Source: Cirrosporium novae-zelandiae (Eukaryota). Taken from it: a stretch of DNA of 64,000 nucleotides. Made by a program: the position numbers and the translations under genes. How positions within the stretch are numbered: position 1 is the stretch's first letter; the number at the start of each line of letters is the position of its first letter. The DNA lies in contig JAPETS010000006.1 in the NCBI GenBank assembly GCA_026023565.1, positions 496,001 through 560,000 on the forward strand, read 5' to 3'. This document shows, piece after piece, positions 21,941 to 35,036 of this stretch. The notes below the pieces were generated by a model that worked only from the letters and a program-made list of their open reading frames with translations, was not told the origin of the DNA and made no database searches.

Positions 21941-24900
21941 CTAAGTTGGCATCATGCCAATGGCACCCCGATTTGTAAACGCTTTCATGGAGCTCTGCCC
22001 CGTCCCACGTGTGGTCGAGGTAGAACCGTTAGACCTCCTACCACCACCACTGGAACCACCCCTCTTCTTCCTATAGGTTCCTTTCCCTTTCGATACACCA
22101 CCTCTGCGTGCGGTAGATTTATAGCCCGTCTTTGATGATGCCGATCGAGTTGACTGCGATTTGGTCCGCCCTCCATCTTCGTTGGCGCTTGCTTTTGAAG
22201 GAGGTCGATGCGATTGTAACTGTGTATCTAAAACATAACATCAGCATCTGCTCATTTCATTGTGGGGTAAGAGGACTTACAGCCAGCGTTGAAATCCGTC
22301 ACTGCTTCAGTAGGCCTGAAATATGAACTCTCCTCCCCTTCTGATAGGTTTAGTTCACCATAGTCACTATCATCATCGCTTATCTCAATAACATTCAGAT
22401 GGTTCGGATCTCTAGGTCTGTCTTCTTGCTGACGCATCGCGTCTTCGTAAAAATTTTCTGCCTGTCGAATGAGCTTCAGGAATTTCTTGCCATAGCGATC
22501 GACCTTATCCTCGTCGATATTCTTGATTTGAAGTAGTTCTTGTCGGTCTGGAAGAATTAGAAGAGAGACAACTTAAAACTTTGGAAAATTACCTTTAGGG
22601 AAATGGATTGCCATCTCTCGAAGGACAGCATCTGTGAAGGGTTGTCGTTTCAACCCCTTATCTCCCATCAGCTACAATCCATTAGCATATCATTAATGAA
22701 AATTAAACAAAACAAAAGTACTCACCTGACGACATGTCTCCTTAGCGGAGGTGACAAAATTTTCCACAACAGCTCTATGAGTTGCATTTAAATTCTCTAG
22801 TTGCACATCAGTTGTAATTGGCGGTCCAAGTTGTCCCATTTTGGTCCTTCTCGCCCGACCAGCTTCTCGGACTGGCTCAAAACCATCAGACTCATCGTTG
22901 TCAGAACGAGTAGGCCCTTGGTCCTCCTCATCAGAGACGACAAAGTCGTCACGTGCATAGCCATTCGCATGCAGATCCTCACTATCTCTAGCAGCGTTAC
23001 CAAGCAACCTTCGTCGCCGGGATGCTGCCATGATAGGTGATGAGACTTCTGTAGAAATCGGGAGAGTGTCTATGCCGGTTGATGACTCGATATCACGTTG
23101 CCGTTTTGTTCTTGCTGGCTTGGGTTTTTTATTCGGTGATACCCGAACTTGGATTCTGAGCTTCCGCTGGCCTGTGGCAAAAACAAATGCATTTTTGCCC
23201 AACTGCAGTCTATTAGTAAAGCCTATATGTAGAATAGAAAGTATCCATAAACTTACTTTAACGTACTGTGACGCAAATCCTCCCTTATTGACAACATTAC
23301 GTTCCGACAAAACATCTTCACTCAAGAGCCGATAGAATAGACGCTCTACTTCTCCCTTACCCAGAACTGATCCTGCTCCAAACTCCCGAAGAGACGAATG
23401 CCCAAGCTCCCCAATCTTCTTATTCTTGGCGCCACGAAAGACATCTACGCAATGTAAAAGGGTGACGTTCGTCCGTTGAAGCTGCTCTACAAGTTGAACT
23501 GCCTTAATCGCATATTTAGTGAAATCATGGGTTTCGAACACGCTGGTTGAATTGCAGTTGTCACAACCACCATTGCAATCTTCTCGGCGGAAATGTTCAT
23601 TAAAGTATGCCAGAATCTGAACCCTTCTGCAATCACTTTTGTTCTCACAGAACTGAACAACATTCCGAAGCATTTTGCGTTGACGCTCTTTCTGTTCCCA
23701 GTTGCCATCACTATCATCAATCATACGTTTGAGTGCACTTGTATCTTGATATCCATAGAAGAGGTGACAGCTAGAGGGTTTGCCATCACGGCCTGCGCGA
23801 CCAGTTTCTTGATAATAGCCTTCTAAGCTTTTGGGGATGGTGTGATGTATGACAAAACGAACATCTGGTTTGTCAATTCCCATCCCAAAGGCAATGGTAG
23901 CAACAATGACATCGAACTTTCCGACCTGCCATTGTTTCTGGATTTGCATCCTTTCCCCGGATTCCATACCCGCATGATAATGATGTGCAGTAATTCCATG
24001 TTCTTTTCGGAGTTTCTCTGCAATACTTTCGCAATTCTTTCGCGACAGACAGTATATGATTCCGGATTTTCCTTTGTGGGACATGATGATCTGGGCTATT
24101 GAATCAAGAACATCTTTTGATTTACCCTTGGGGCGAACTTCATAGGTGAGATTTGGCCTGTTGAAACTCTGTGTAAATACCTTGCAGCCACTGATACCCA
24201 GGTTATGGATGACATCGACCTTGACATTCTCCGTAGCAGTTGCGGTTAGCGCAATGACAGGTACTCCACTGAACTGTTGGCGTATTTCACCGAGAGCTTT
24301 ATAATCTGGGCGGAAATCGTGACCCCATTGACTGACACAGTGCGCCTCGTCGATAACAATTCGAGCAAACTTATGGCGGCTATGAAGACTGCGTAATGCA
24401 TTCACAATATTTGTGCTCTTGTTGATCATTTCAGGAGTAATATAAAGTATTTGGATGAATTGTTCAACGTTGGAATCTTGAAGGGCATTGAGGAGAAAAT
24501 GTCGTTCTTCGTTAGTGCATTCGCTATTTATTAGAAAAGCCTGAATTTGGAGCTTTCTTAGATGGTCAACCTGATCTTGCATTAGACTTAACAACGGAGA
24601 GATGACGATGGTCACTCCCCGAGTACGACCTGAGCTAACGATTGATGGCAGTTGATAGCATAGAGATTTGCCACCCCCAGTAGGCATGAGTACAAATACA
24701 TCTTCCCCACCCAGGGTTGCATTAATCGCCTCAAGTTGATTTTGTCGAAATCCACGAAGATGAAACCGATCTTTCATAGCCGTCCGAACATCTTTAGACC
24801 AAGGGTAGTTCATCAAAGCCGCTGTATTTGACGTAGCTTGATTGTCAAGTTTCGATGGCTGTGTTCTCTGTACATTTCCTGAAGTCTCTGCGAGCGCCTG

Positions 24901-27426
24901 CCGTCGGTCTCCTTCTCTAGACATGGCGGTTGCTGGTTGATGATTATCGAAAGTTTCAGCGGCTTCAAGCATATCTTCATCATCGTCATCACCATAATCC
25001 TCGGGGTCGTTCTCGTCATCATCCATCTCGTACTCTTGGACCGGTGTTCCCATTCGTCGACTGAATACAGCCTCTTCCAAATCTTCAAATTCAGCATTAC
25101 TTAGATCATCAAATTCGGAAAACCTGTTAGGGCTGTGTGGAGCTAGTGGTGGTTGTATTATTTGCTGAGATACTTTCATTCCACGTGTGGATACTACGGA
25201 TTGGGAAATCCGGCTAGGTGAATGTGACCCATCTCCAAGCTCTGCTTCTTGCATTCTCCGCTTTGACAGAGAGAAGTGCATCCCTATGCGAGATGTAGAT
25301 GTACCTAGGGGAGTTGAGTCACGGTTTACTCTTTGGTCAGTGGACGGGACTGTAAATGTTCTCTCAGCGGTCTTCGGTGTTCCCGGGTGTATGACATCAA
25401 ATTGGGTCTGCACCACTTGCTGCGTTGGCAGTGGGCCAGTGGATCGTAGAGCCATGGGTGTGCCAACACGCCCCCCTTCGAGAAGCCCATGCTGTGAAGC
25501 TTCGACCTCTGCATTTGCATTTTGTTGCCGCGTGGCTTCGGGACCTGCAGGATAATCTACACTGGATTCTGTAGATTGCAGCGTGTTCTCGGCAAACAGC
25601 AATCCGGTTTCATTTAGTAGTTGAAACAAATGAGTTTCTGCATTTTTTGCGTTTGACGTAAGTGTCTTAAGTTCCTGGCCAGCGGTCTCCCAATCGCCAC
25701 CCGAATCGATTGTAGCCTTTACCTGCGCTTTCAACTCCTTCAGTTTGTCATGCAAAGTAATATACTGACCTCTGGCAGTAAAAACTTCATTCATAAAGGC
25801 AATCTTCCGTTTGAGAAATACAGCTTCGCTTATCCAATCTTTGGGGGTTTCTAGCTGGTTTTTATCGATGAGGAATGCATAAGCAGCTTTGGCGTTTGCC
25901 ATGAGATCCCTCTCGAGATGTTTCTGCCTTGTTTCGAGTCGGTTTTGTGGGACAATGAGAAACCGTTCGATCTTCACTTTTTGACTCGAAGGCATTACAG
26001 TAGACGATGAACTTGGTATATTATTTTGGTAACCTTGTGGATGATCTACATCCATCTTTGTTGGTGAATCGCACTGGAATGGGGATGGGGCATGACAAGT
26101 GTTTTCTATGCCTTGATAGCCTTTTCTCGCTGAAATATTGGACTCTAGTTCAATTGTAGGACGTTTTGGAGATGTATGAGCTTTCAAAGAGGGATCCAAT
26201 TTCGAACCGCTCCTAGCGACAGTTGCAGACTTCGTCGATGCTGGTAACAGAAATAACGGGTCATCGGAAGAACGCCTACTGACCCCCCCTGTTTTGTCGG
26301 AAAAGATACTTGCTTCATCTTCACTGCTGAGAAAATCATCTTCTGAGTCTGCTATAATTCTTTTTTTCAGCCCACGGCAGTGCGGACGAGCCTGACTGTC
26401 TGCAACAGATATATCACCTCGCCCCTCTTTCAGGGAATTTGAATTGATCGAACCAACTCTGGACATTGCCTTTCTCTTCGTTGTTTTTGTTCGGATTGTC
26501 GTCTCAGTTACAACTTCTTCATCGAAATCATTTCCAATGTCATCCTGTTCGGGGATTGCTTGGGATCTCTTAATCGGTGAATGATTTGTGCAGATGCGCT
26601 TCTCACGATTGCCCTGGCTAGAATATGGTGGTGGTGCCTCATCCTCGAAGTTATCAATCGCCATAAATCCCTGCGACGTATCCGCCGATTCTTCTCCAAC
26701 CAATTCTGCAGGCCTTTTGGCTCTGGTCTTTGACGGCGACTGTAGATCAGAAAGATACTCATCGCTCTTTCTTTTTTGGCCTTGCTTCGCCAATGGTTCT
26801 ATACGAAAGGCTGATCCTTCATCCCATATGGGCCGTGATTCTCCAAACTCTTCAATGGAACTGGATGAGTGATGAAAACTATCGTCATTTGTGAGGTCGA
26901 TCGACTCGACCGTGCCGAATGGTTGTTTTGGCACTAGGGGTGCGGTAATCGGAGTTGTGATGTTCTGTCTAGCCAGAAATGAGGGCGTTATAGGCTTATT
27001 CGCGTTTCGAGTGACATCAAGTCCCTTCTGCCTCGGGAGGCTTTGCCCTATAGTGGCACCTTCATTTTGCTTTGAGGGACTTCTCGACGTATTCGCACTC
27101 GACCCTATTGTGGTTGATGGGGTAATTGGCTGAGGCGGACCACTTTTGCTCCAAAGGCGGGATTTAGTTGTTGAGCGAGGAGCGGACTGCAATCTTGCCA
27201 TCCCATCACCATGGATAGGATCAGTACCCTCCACTTGCGGTGCCGCCTCTAATATAGGCTGTTCGGTAGAAATTACGAAATCGTCTGAAGGAGGGAATAG
27301 GGACTCGACATTGGCCTCGGGCAGGTTGGCGGTACCTGCAGGGATAGCGGAGAAGGCTGGTAATAATATCGTAAAGTCTTGTTTTAACAGCCAAGCAATG
27401 TGCTCATTAAGATTATGTCGAGTCAT
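21941..27426 (-). CDS. SGS1: RecQ-family DNA helicase Sgs1/MusN/BLM
   Basis: Motif 0 'F.LRGFRQNQLEAI', Walker A 'MPTGGGKS', DEAH 'DEAHCVSQWGHDFRPDY', 'QETGRAGRDG', RQC Zn site (CRR..CDNC), HRDC-like exons. Introns 23256-23203, 22725-22672, 22592-22548 and 22280-22228; ends IGMMPT*. Confidence 0.96.
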
Positions 27427-27560
27427 GGAAGGCCGTCATGCTTCTCGCAAAAGCACACATTTAGAAATAGAATTATCAAGCGGTATATGGAAGCTGGTGG
27501 TGATGTGGTGACTGAAGTTAAGTTGATGGTTCCTCCTTATCCTCCAAATCTACAACACAA

Positions 27561-27603
27561 ACGCGTTGGAGGCAGACGCGCCTGTAATGAACGGCAACAC
27601 GTG
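27561..27603. promoter_or_regulatory. MCB-like (ACGCGT, ACGCG) and CACGTG elements in the SGS1/KEL3 divergent promoter
   Basis: ACGCGT at 27561-27566, ACGCG at 27576 and CACGTG at 27598, 135-180 nt upstream of the SGS1 ATG. Confidence 0.4.
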
Positions 27604-27939
27604 ACGAACGTTTTTCTTCGGGAGTCGGCTGTAGTTTCCCTACCTACTGGAAGAACATATAGATATCTATGGACTTGTTGAGTGTACATAAGAGTTTATC
27701 TGCCGTGGATTATATCATCTCAGGCATAGAGATCAGTTAAATACTCCACAGCAAGAGAATAATACATGGGATGTTGTGAAATTTCCAATGCTAATTGGAA
27801 CACCCCGCACTACAATCCTCAACGGTCGCTCCTTTATACATCTACCAAGTGCCAATGAATATAATTGAGGTTATATCACCAAATTATTTATCTCTTATAT
27901 TTATATTTATTTCATCGTTTTTGGACTTAATCCCTGAAC

Positions 27940-29976
27940 ATGGCCAAAAAAGACAAGAAATCCAAGAAAGAGGAACAGAAAGCCCGGGCTGCAACCAAAC
28001 AAAGCAAAAAAACAGCCAAATCAGAAAAGAAATTTCAAAAGAAGGGCAAAGATCAAGATAGCGATGAGGAAGAAGTTGATCTGGATGCAGTTCTAGCCCA
28101 GTATGCTGAACAGCAAGCACATTTCCTCAAGGTTACCGAGGACAAATGCGAACCGCCGTCACCTCGTTCGTCAAGTACCATATTAGCATCACCATCAAAT
28201 AGCAATGAATTATTATTATTTGGTGGAGAGCACTATAATGGAGCCATCGCCACTTTTTTCAACGACCTCTTCATATATCTAATTGACAGGGACGAATGGC
28301 GTATGGTGACTAGTCCTAATAGCCCTTTACCTCGGTCCGGACATGCATGGTGTCGAGGTGGCAATGCTGGAGGAATTTATCTATTTGGCGGAGAATTCTC
28401 TTCGCCGAAACAAGGAACGTTTTACCATTATAATGATTTCTGGCGTCTCGACACTAGCTCTAGAGAATGGACTAGATTGGAAACAAAGGGGAAAAGTCCA
28501 CCAGGAAGAAGTGGACATCGGATGGTGTACTATAAAAACTATATCATTTTATATGGCGGATTCCAAGATACGTCCCAGCAAACCCGATATCTTTCGGATC
28601 TCTGGATCTACGACTGTCAGCATTTCGTCTGGCACAACCCAACACCGTCTGCGACATCTCAGAAACCCGACCCTCGATCTTCCTTCTCATTTCTGCCCCA
28701 CGAATCTGGAGCAGTCATATATGGCGGCTACTCCAGAGTCAAAGCCAGCACATCCATGAACAAACAGACGAAAGGCATCTCTCATGGCACTCGAGTGGTA
28801 TTAAAGCCCATGGTTCATCAAGACACCTGGTTCCTTCGAATTCAACAACCTGGACCTGAAGCCCCTCATAAATCCCCCCCGACTATCCGGTGGGAACGTC
28901 GAAAGCGACCTGCTAATGCCCCAAATCCAGTACGAGCTGGTGTAACTCAAGCATATCACAAAGGTCGCGGCATCCTCTTCGGGGGTGTCCACGATGTTGA
29001 AGAAAGTGAAGAAGGAATCGATAGCGAGTTCTTCGATGGCTTATACGCTTGGAACATCGAGCGCAATAGATTCTTCCAGCTGACCCTTCGTCGACCGCGC
29101 ACCTCAGCCAAAAAACAACAAAACGCAGCCTCTTCGAGTGGAGGAAGGCGAGGACGCGGAAAAGCCGACGAAGAAGAACTCCTTCGAAATCTTGCCGCTC
29201 TCGAGATGAAAGGATCGATCGCAGACGCCGACTCGGTGCAACTCGAAAAGGCCCACGAGGAAGAAAAAGAAGAGCCCGCAAAACCAGTCAAAGAAGTCAC
29301 CATGGAACTCCCACACCCCCGATTTAACGCCCAACTAACCGTCCAAGACGACGTCCTTTACATCTTCGGCGGCACATTCGAAAAAGCCGACCGAGAATTC
29401 ACCTTCGACGACATGTGGGCCATCGACCTAATCAAACTAGACGGCGTCAAAGAAATCTTCAAACGAGAGCTCGAGAACTGGGAAGGCAGTGAGGATGAAG
29501 AGGAAGAGGACGAAGAGGACGAGAGCGACTCAGAAGGTGAAGATGAAGATGAAGGAGGAGAGGGGGCATCCACACCCGCTACTTCCATCATCAGCACACC
29601 CCGAAGCGCCCCCGCCGTCACCGTCCCCGACAATGACATCGAAGAAGAAGCCATTAGCAGCAGCATGGCCGCAGATTCGCGCCCCTACCCGCGCCCCTTC
29701 GAATCCCTCCGCGAATTCTACGCCCGCACCTCAGAGGAATGGCAAAACATCATCCTCGCCGAACACAAGGCCAAAAACTCGGCCAAGGAGAAATCCATCA
29801 AGGAGCTACGGAAGGAAGGATTCGAGCTCGCGGAGGAGAAGTGGTGGGATTGTCGCGAGGAGATTCGTGCGCTCGAGGATGAGAGGGAGCAGGCGGGTAT
29901 TGCGGAGGTTATTAACTTGACGGATAGGAATGCGGCGTCTGGTGGTGGTGGGGGGGCGGCTGCTAGGAGGAGGTGA
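27940..29976 (+). CDS. KEL3: Kelch-repeat protein Kel3/KLHDC4 homolog
   Basis: Single 678-aa ORF. Lys-rich N-terminus, kelch repeats (LFGGE, SP.PRSGH, PPGRSGHRM, YGGF.D), acidic tract, C-terminal 'P.PRPFESLREFY.RT..EW' (DUF4110-like). Confidence 0.9.
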   Translation: MAKKDKKSKKEEQKARAATKQSKKTAKSEKKFQKKGKDQDSDEEEVDLDAVLAQYAEQQAHFLKVTEDKCEPPSPRSSSTILASPSNSNELLLFGGEHYNGAIATFFNDLFIYLIDRDEWRMVTSPNSPLPRSGHAWCRGGNAGGIYLFGGEFSSPKQGTFYHYNDFWRLDTSSREWTRLETKGKSPPGRSGHRMVYYKNYIILYGGFQDTSQQTRYLSDLWIYDCQHFVWHNPTPSATSQKPDPRSSFSFLPHESGAVIYGGYSRVKASTSMNKQTKGISHGTRVVLKPMVHQDTWFLRIQQPGPEAPHKSPPTIRWERRKRPANAPNPVRAGVTQAYHKGRGILFGGVHDVEESEEGIDSEFFDGLYAWNIERNRFFQLTLRRPRTSAKKQQNAASSSGGRRGRGKADEEELLRNLAALEMKGSIADADSVQLEKAHEEEKEEPAKPVKEVTMELPHPRFNAQLTVQDDVLYIFGGTFEKADREFTFDDMWAIDLIKLDGVKEIFKRELENWEGSEDEEEEDEEDESDSEGEDEDEGGEGASTPATSIISTPRSAPAVTVPDNDIEEEAISSSMAADSRPYPRPFESLREFYARTSEEWQNIILAEHKAKNSAKEKSIKELRKEGFELAEEKWWDCREEIRALEDEREQAGIAEVINLTDRNAASGGGGGAAARRR

Positions 29977-30477
29977 GAAATAAAAGTTTTTTTCTTTTGT
30001 AAGTTTATGATATCGAAACGCCCGTGACGCATGGAAAGGTTAACAATCTACCGAAATCTTCAATGAATCAAAAAGTTAACGATAAGGTTTTAATATTGGA
30101 TGGACTAAATTTAAGCAAGACGTCATCTCGAGACCAAGTTTCCAAAGGAGTGGGTTGCATTTATATTAACTCATATGGCACATATTTATATATATCCGCT
30201 ACTACCGTTTAGCCTAACAACTATCTAGTTCATCCACAATCATTTCCATCAATCCAAAAATATGAAATGCAAAAGGAAAAATTGCAAATACTAGTGTGGA
30301 TATAGTTCGCCGATAAAATGCAACCAACTTCATTAGTCCAAAATTCCAGCTAGTTGATGGTCTGTTTCTTTCTCAAAAACGGACCCCACCCACTCACTAT
30401 CTCTCCATCATGCATCACCAAAATCATCATATCCGAAGGCGGTCAACCATCTTTACGATGGGGCTAAGTTTCCGAAT

Positions 30478-31193
30478 TTATTCATAAGACCAAGCGGCAG
30501 CGTCGGTGCTGTTGCGAGTGACAGCAAGGGCATCAACTAATGCGTTGTCAAAAATTAGCTTCCTCTTCTTTTTCTTTTTCAAATAACAGCCCCCAAAAAC
30601 TTGGGGATGATGAGAAGAAAACTTACAGCCTAGGCAGGTGGTGATGTTGACGCTGGGGACATAGGCGAAGATCTTGTAGCGGTTCTCAGCGGGATGCTCG
30701 CAGGCAATGAAGCCGGTCGAGTTGAAAGCAGTGGTGGAGAGGGTTCCGAACGAGTTTCCGTTTGTGGGGGCGGTGTATGTCCAGGAGGTGGTGTCGGCAC
30801 CAACGATGTCTCCGGCGCTGTGGGCAGGGGTGTAGCCAATCTCGCCATCGGATTTTACATAGAGCTACGCCATTTAGTTAGTTTTCTAGAGAATGAATGA
30901 ACGGCTGGCTGGCTTACAAGTTGGCCTCCAGGAACTGAGACGTCCATGGCGACGGCACCTTCGTTGAAGGTAAAGGCGGCCACATTGTCAAATTGGGTGC
31001 AGTCAATGGCAGCAGTGGTGTTTGGGCAGTAGGTCTCGGTTTCTCCACCGATCCAGAGAGCTTGATCGGATGCCTGGACGGACTGAAGGTGGATTGCTGA
31101 TCCGGAGCGGGCAGACATCAGCGTGAAGGTGGTGGAAGCAGAGGCAAGGACTGGCGCGGCGGCCATGATAGTGGTGGCGGTAGAGAAACGCAT
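30478..31193 (-). CDS. secreted cell-wall protein, PhiA/IgE-binding-protein-like
   Basis: Signal peptide. Exons 31193-30918, 30864-30627 and 30536-30478 give 'F.LMSARSGSAIH...TYCP...MDVSVPGGQ.LYV...G.IGYT.AHSA...GF.AC...CLGFDALAV...AAW.Y'. Confidence 0.85.
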
Positions 31194-33709
31194 TTTGAAT
31201 ATTGGGTTTGATGGTTTGATAGTTTGGTATTATGGTAATAATATCAAGTAGAAACGATTTGGATATCTGATGATGAGATTGGATTGACCTTGAACAAATG
31301 CGAATTGATGCTATTGATGATATTGAGAAAGAAGGACAAAATGTAGTTCTTATATATTTCCAGGAAACATTTCAACAGTAAACATTTACGGATCATGGTC
31401 TTCGGATAGGATTTCCGGACGTCATAGTAAGGATGGTTAGTGTGAAAAGAAGGTTGGGGTAGCATCAAGTCCCGTGAGATAATGGAGGTTAGTGAGCTTG
31501 CTGAGATTGATTGATTTGGGGATAGACCCATAGCGGTTTCACATTAGCAGCATATCCAGGGGATACTTGTTGGGCTGGAGATCTACAAAGTCATTTTCCC
31601 ACATAGTTAGGTTGAATTATTGTTCAACACGAGCAGTTCGAGAAGATTCTTAGAGTACTCGAGTAGAAGAATGCTTGTCTAATGTAACGTTGTCCGTGGT
31701 TTGCAAAGAGAATTTCGTAAAGATCAACATGACTGATGTTCAGAGAGATGGTTGTTCAATGATGGTCACAGGCTTCACAGCCACACCGTTGTTGACATGT
31801 TTCCAGATTAGTTCCAGAAACAGTAATTAGTCCATCAAATCTCATTCATGGATATACACTTGTGTCCCTGCGTTGGGTTCTGCAGTGTCCTTTTCCCTGT
31901 TCTGTCGATTAGTAACTTTAAGGCTAAATTTCTTTGTTTCACTTTATCCCAGTTAACGTGGCTAAGGAAAGTGACAGAATAAGGTGATTGCAGTGACATG
32001 ATAATTAAACAGATTAAACAGATGCTTGTATCGATGGAAATCCGGTGGTTGTGCCAAATTGATTAGGCAAGTGGCTGTGTTCGTTTTAATTCAACGAAGG
32101 CGAAGATCAAATAAACAAATAAGCTTCTCCTTCCGCCTTACAAGGTCACAGGAGTGGATACTCGGCATCTCGGCATTTCTATATTTAACTTTATGCATCC
32201 CGGACTTATTCCTGATTTCGGAAACTTCCGAGTGTGGCTGGTTTCATCCCACTCGGTATATTATCCACCCGACCCCCCCTAACACCCTAATGTTGTTCCA
32301 ACTTCATCACTGTCAATCAATTTCCTTATCTGATCCGTTCGTTCAAGAACCCACTATATCTCGTGTTGAACCCAACTTGTTTCTCATTTGAGAATTCTTT
32401 TACGTAGTTGATATATTTTCCTCTGTGTTGTCACAACACCAAAAATGCAACTTCCTCTGCTCTAAAATTTGTATATCAATATTCTTCTCGTATTACTAGG
32501 TTTGAGTTATGTGCTCTATCCAGCTGTCAGTAACCGGAACATCTAGCTATAAAGTTAGCCTGAAGATTGGGAGGCGGAGCTGGAGAAGCCAAGACAAACT
32601 CTCTTCCGATTTTCACACCCCACTTGAGCATCTTTCCGGCTCTACTTTCCCATCTCTTTTCATCATCGTCGAGGGGGTTCATGGCAGAAACCTGCCACTA
32701 CTCACGGTGCTCGTATCTTTCGATGCGGTATGCACACATAAAAGCCATGGCCTGCCTAATCCGGAAGTCTGATTTTGTGATGTGGCAACTGACAACACTG
32801 ACCTATTGACCATCAAAAGGCACAGGAACTTTTCAGTGGGTCGGTGTTTGAAAGGGCCTAAGCAATACTTTCTAAGTTGTGTCCAAAAATGAAAGCGGTC
32901 AGGAATGCCATGGCGGTCAGGCTTCTACGCCCGCTCAAAGTATCAATTGACTGGTTCCACGACGAGAATGGAAAAACAGATGAACTCGGGAAATACCCAC
33001 AAGGACTTCGCACGTCCCAAGAGACTTGCTAGGAGAGTCAATGTAAATATTGTTGTTGGGGGTGAGCCAGCTGTACTTTGCAGATCTAAGCTGATCTAAG
33101 CTGATCTAGGGTTCTGCCCTCGAGGTAGACAGCTGTCAGGTCACTTCAGCAGTTGTATTGTCATTTTCTCATTTGTTTGTTGCTGTCAAATATTTTGATA
33201 CAGCACTACAGTACCAACGAAGTTTCAAAGCCCACCCAACTAAGTTGATTATACATGGTTAGATATACTGTTTCTGAATTTCCCCAGTGCAGAAGGTAAC
33301 ACTATAACAAAATTACTCACTCCATTTCAAAGTCCCCTGCCCCAGGGACTTGCCACAGCATATCACAGCAAGAATCAAACCTTTAGATACAGCAAGGTCC
33401 AGTATATACGAATTGCAAATAAGACCTCGCGAAGGGGCTGACGGATATTCTGAGTGAGAAGTCCAAGGCTAGAAATGAGTACTAGCGAAGCTACACGTCA
33501 ATGATTATAGATCCAGAGCGGTTTCCAGCTGCACCCAGTAGGGCAACCGTTTCTCACTGGAGACCTCCATCCTCTGATCAGAATCATAGACCTTCTTCCC
33601 AACATGGAACCTTCTCTAATCGCTAGGGACGATTCATGGAACATGGTGTCATGAATAAAATTAGATAATTATTAACCAAGAGAGATTATCAAGCAATTCC
33701 AATTCCTCT

Positions 33710-34620
33710 TTGCGCGAAATCAAAGAGAAGGTGGACGCCAGTGAACATGCAAAGTTTCAGCTGGTAGCCCTTCAGGAAGCTCGAGAAGAAAATGAAGATA
33801 CCATTCGCAGACTGCAGAGCGAAGTGTTTCGGCTCACAAGGAGAGACTTTTGGCTAGGAAACGACGATGATAGAGCTAGAACCGATTTACTCGGGCCTCG
33901 TGAGCTTGTCAAAATTTGGCTTACATGTTATAGGAACAATAATACTACTCAGTTCACTGCAGCTCTAGAGGATCCAAGTTCGAGGCAAGTTCTTGCCAAC
34001 GGTTCCAGGCTCCAAGAATACGGTACTTGTATCGATCCATTGACGAGTATGAATCATCAGTTACCACATTTCCACCTGGCTATCATGGCCACGGATGATA
34101 TCTATCGAAAAGTCTTGTTGAATACTCTTTTTGCTTTCGAGAATGATGACGACGTCAGCCAATAACTAGAACTTCGCAGTCAATCAAAAACTCATGTATG
34201 GCGCACCCAAGTACTAAGAGACCTTAACGTACTTCCAAAACATGAGATTGCAGCAACAAATGAATTCAAACAATGGAAAAATATGGTATTGAAAGCTCTA
34301 GCAAGAAGCATGCTTACCGGTCCCATAGCTAAACTAATCAAGCAAACGATAGAGGAGCAAACCAACAATACGCATCGGGCTCTTGCCGCAGATCTACAGG
34401 TTTGAGGCCGATGTGTCCTGCGAAATTTAGAAACAAAAAAACCATCCTCGAGGTCAAGAACTTTTCTCAGTTGAAGGATACACTCTTTGCTTACACCCTT
34501 TGCTGTTGACCACAACTGATGCAGTCCCATCCATTGCACCTGCTAGGGAAGGAAGACAGATAGCGCAACAGTTCTTCCATCGGAGTTGTCGTTTCGCCAA
34601 CCGTTTCATTCATGGTATCT
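33710..34620 (+). pseudogene. disrupted coiled-coil protein gene of an uncharacterised fungal family
   Basis: A 151-aa coiled-coil ORF continues in frame past the TAA at 34163 ('SKTHVWRTQVLRDL..LARSMLTGPIAKLI'). It then breaks into frameshifted, stop-interrupted fragments ('LMQSHPLHLL', 'GVVVSPTV'). Confidence 0.45.
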
Positions 34621-35036
34621 AGGAGGGAGACCATTAGAGCACCAAGCTTTTAGCATGGGCTTTAGTATCGCCTAATAATAGTTTCAAGTGAAATATCTAG
34701 CAATGGAAAAGGGTTAAGTGTATAAGCTTATAACTGGTTACTGAATTTGACAGAACTATCCTATTTTAATTATCTATCAGGGACATGCATAAAGCGCCTT
34801 CAAAGTGAGAACGTACCAAAGTGGTGACGACGTACCGCAAAAGTGAAGAGGCACATGAATGTACCAGCACCAAAAGGTGCAACTGAGTATCAATATTGAG
34901 ATTGATTGAACAAAAATAACAGTCTGTGTATTATGAAGGCCAGTCACACTACCAATTCACATATACATTCTGGGCTCGGAAAACCCATTCAAGTTCCATT
35001 TAAGTGCTATGACATATTCTGATCTCGAGATCACGT

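Noticed and set aside
28913..30032. Multiple antisense ORFs over KEL3 (likewise over NTE1, SGS1, BUB1, REI1)
   Set aside because: Shadow frames of GC-rich coding sequence.
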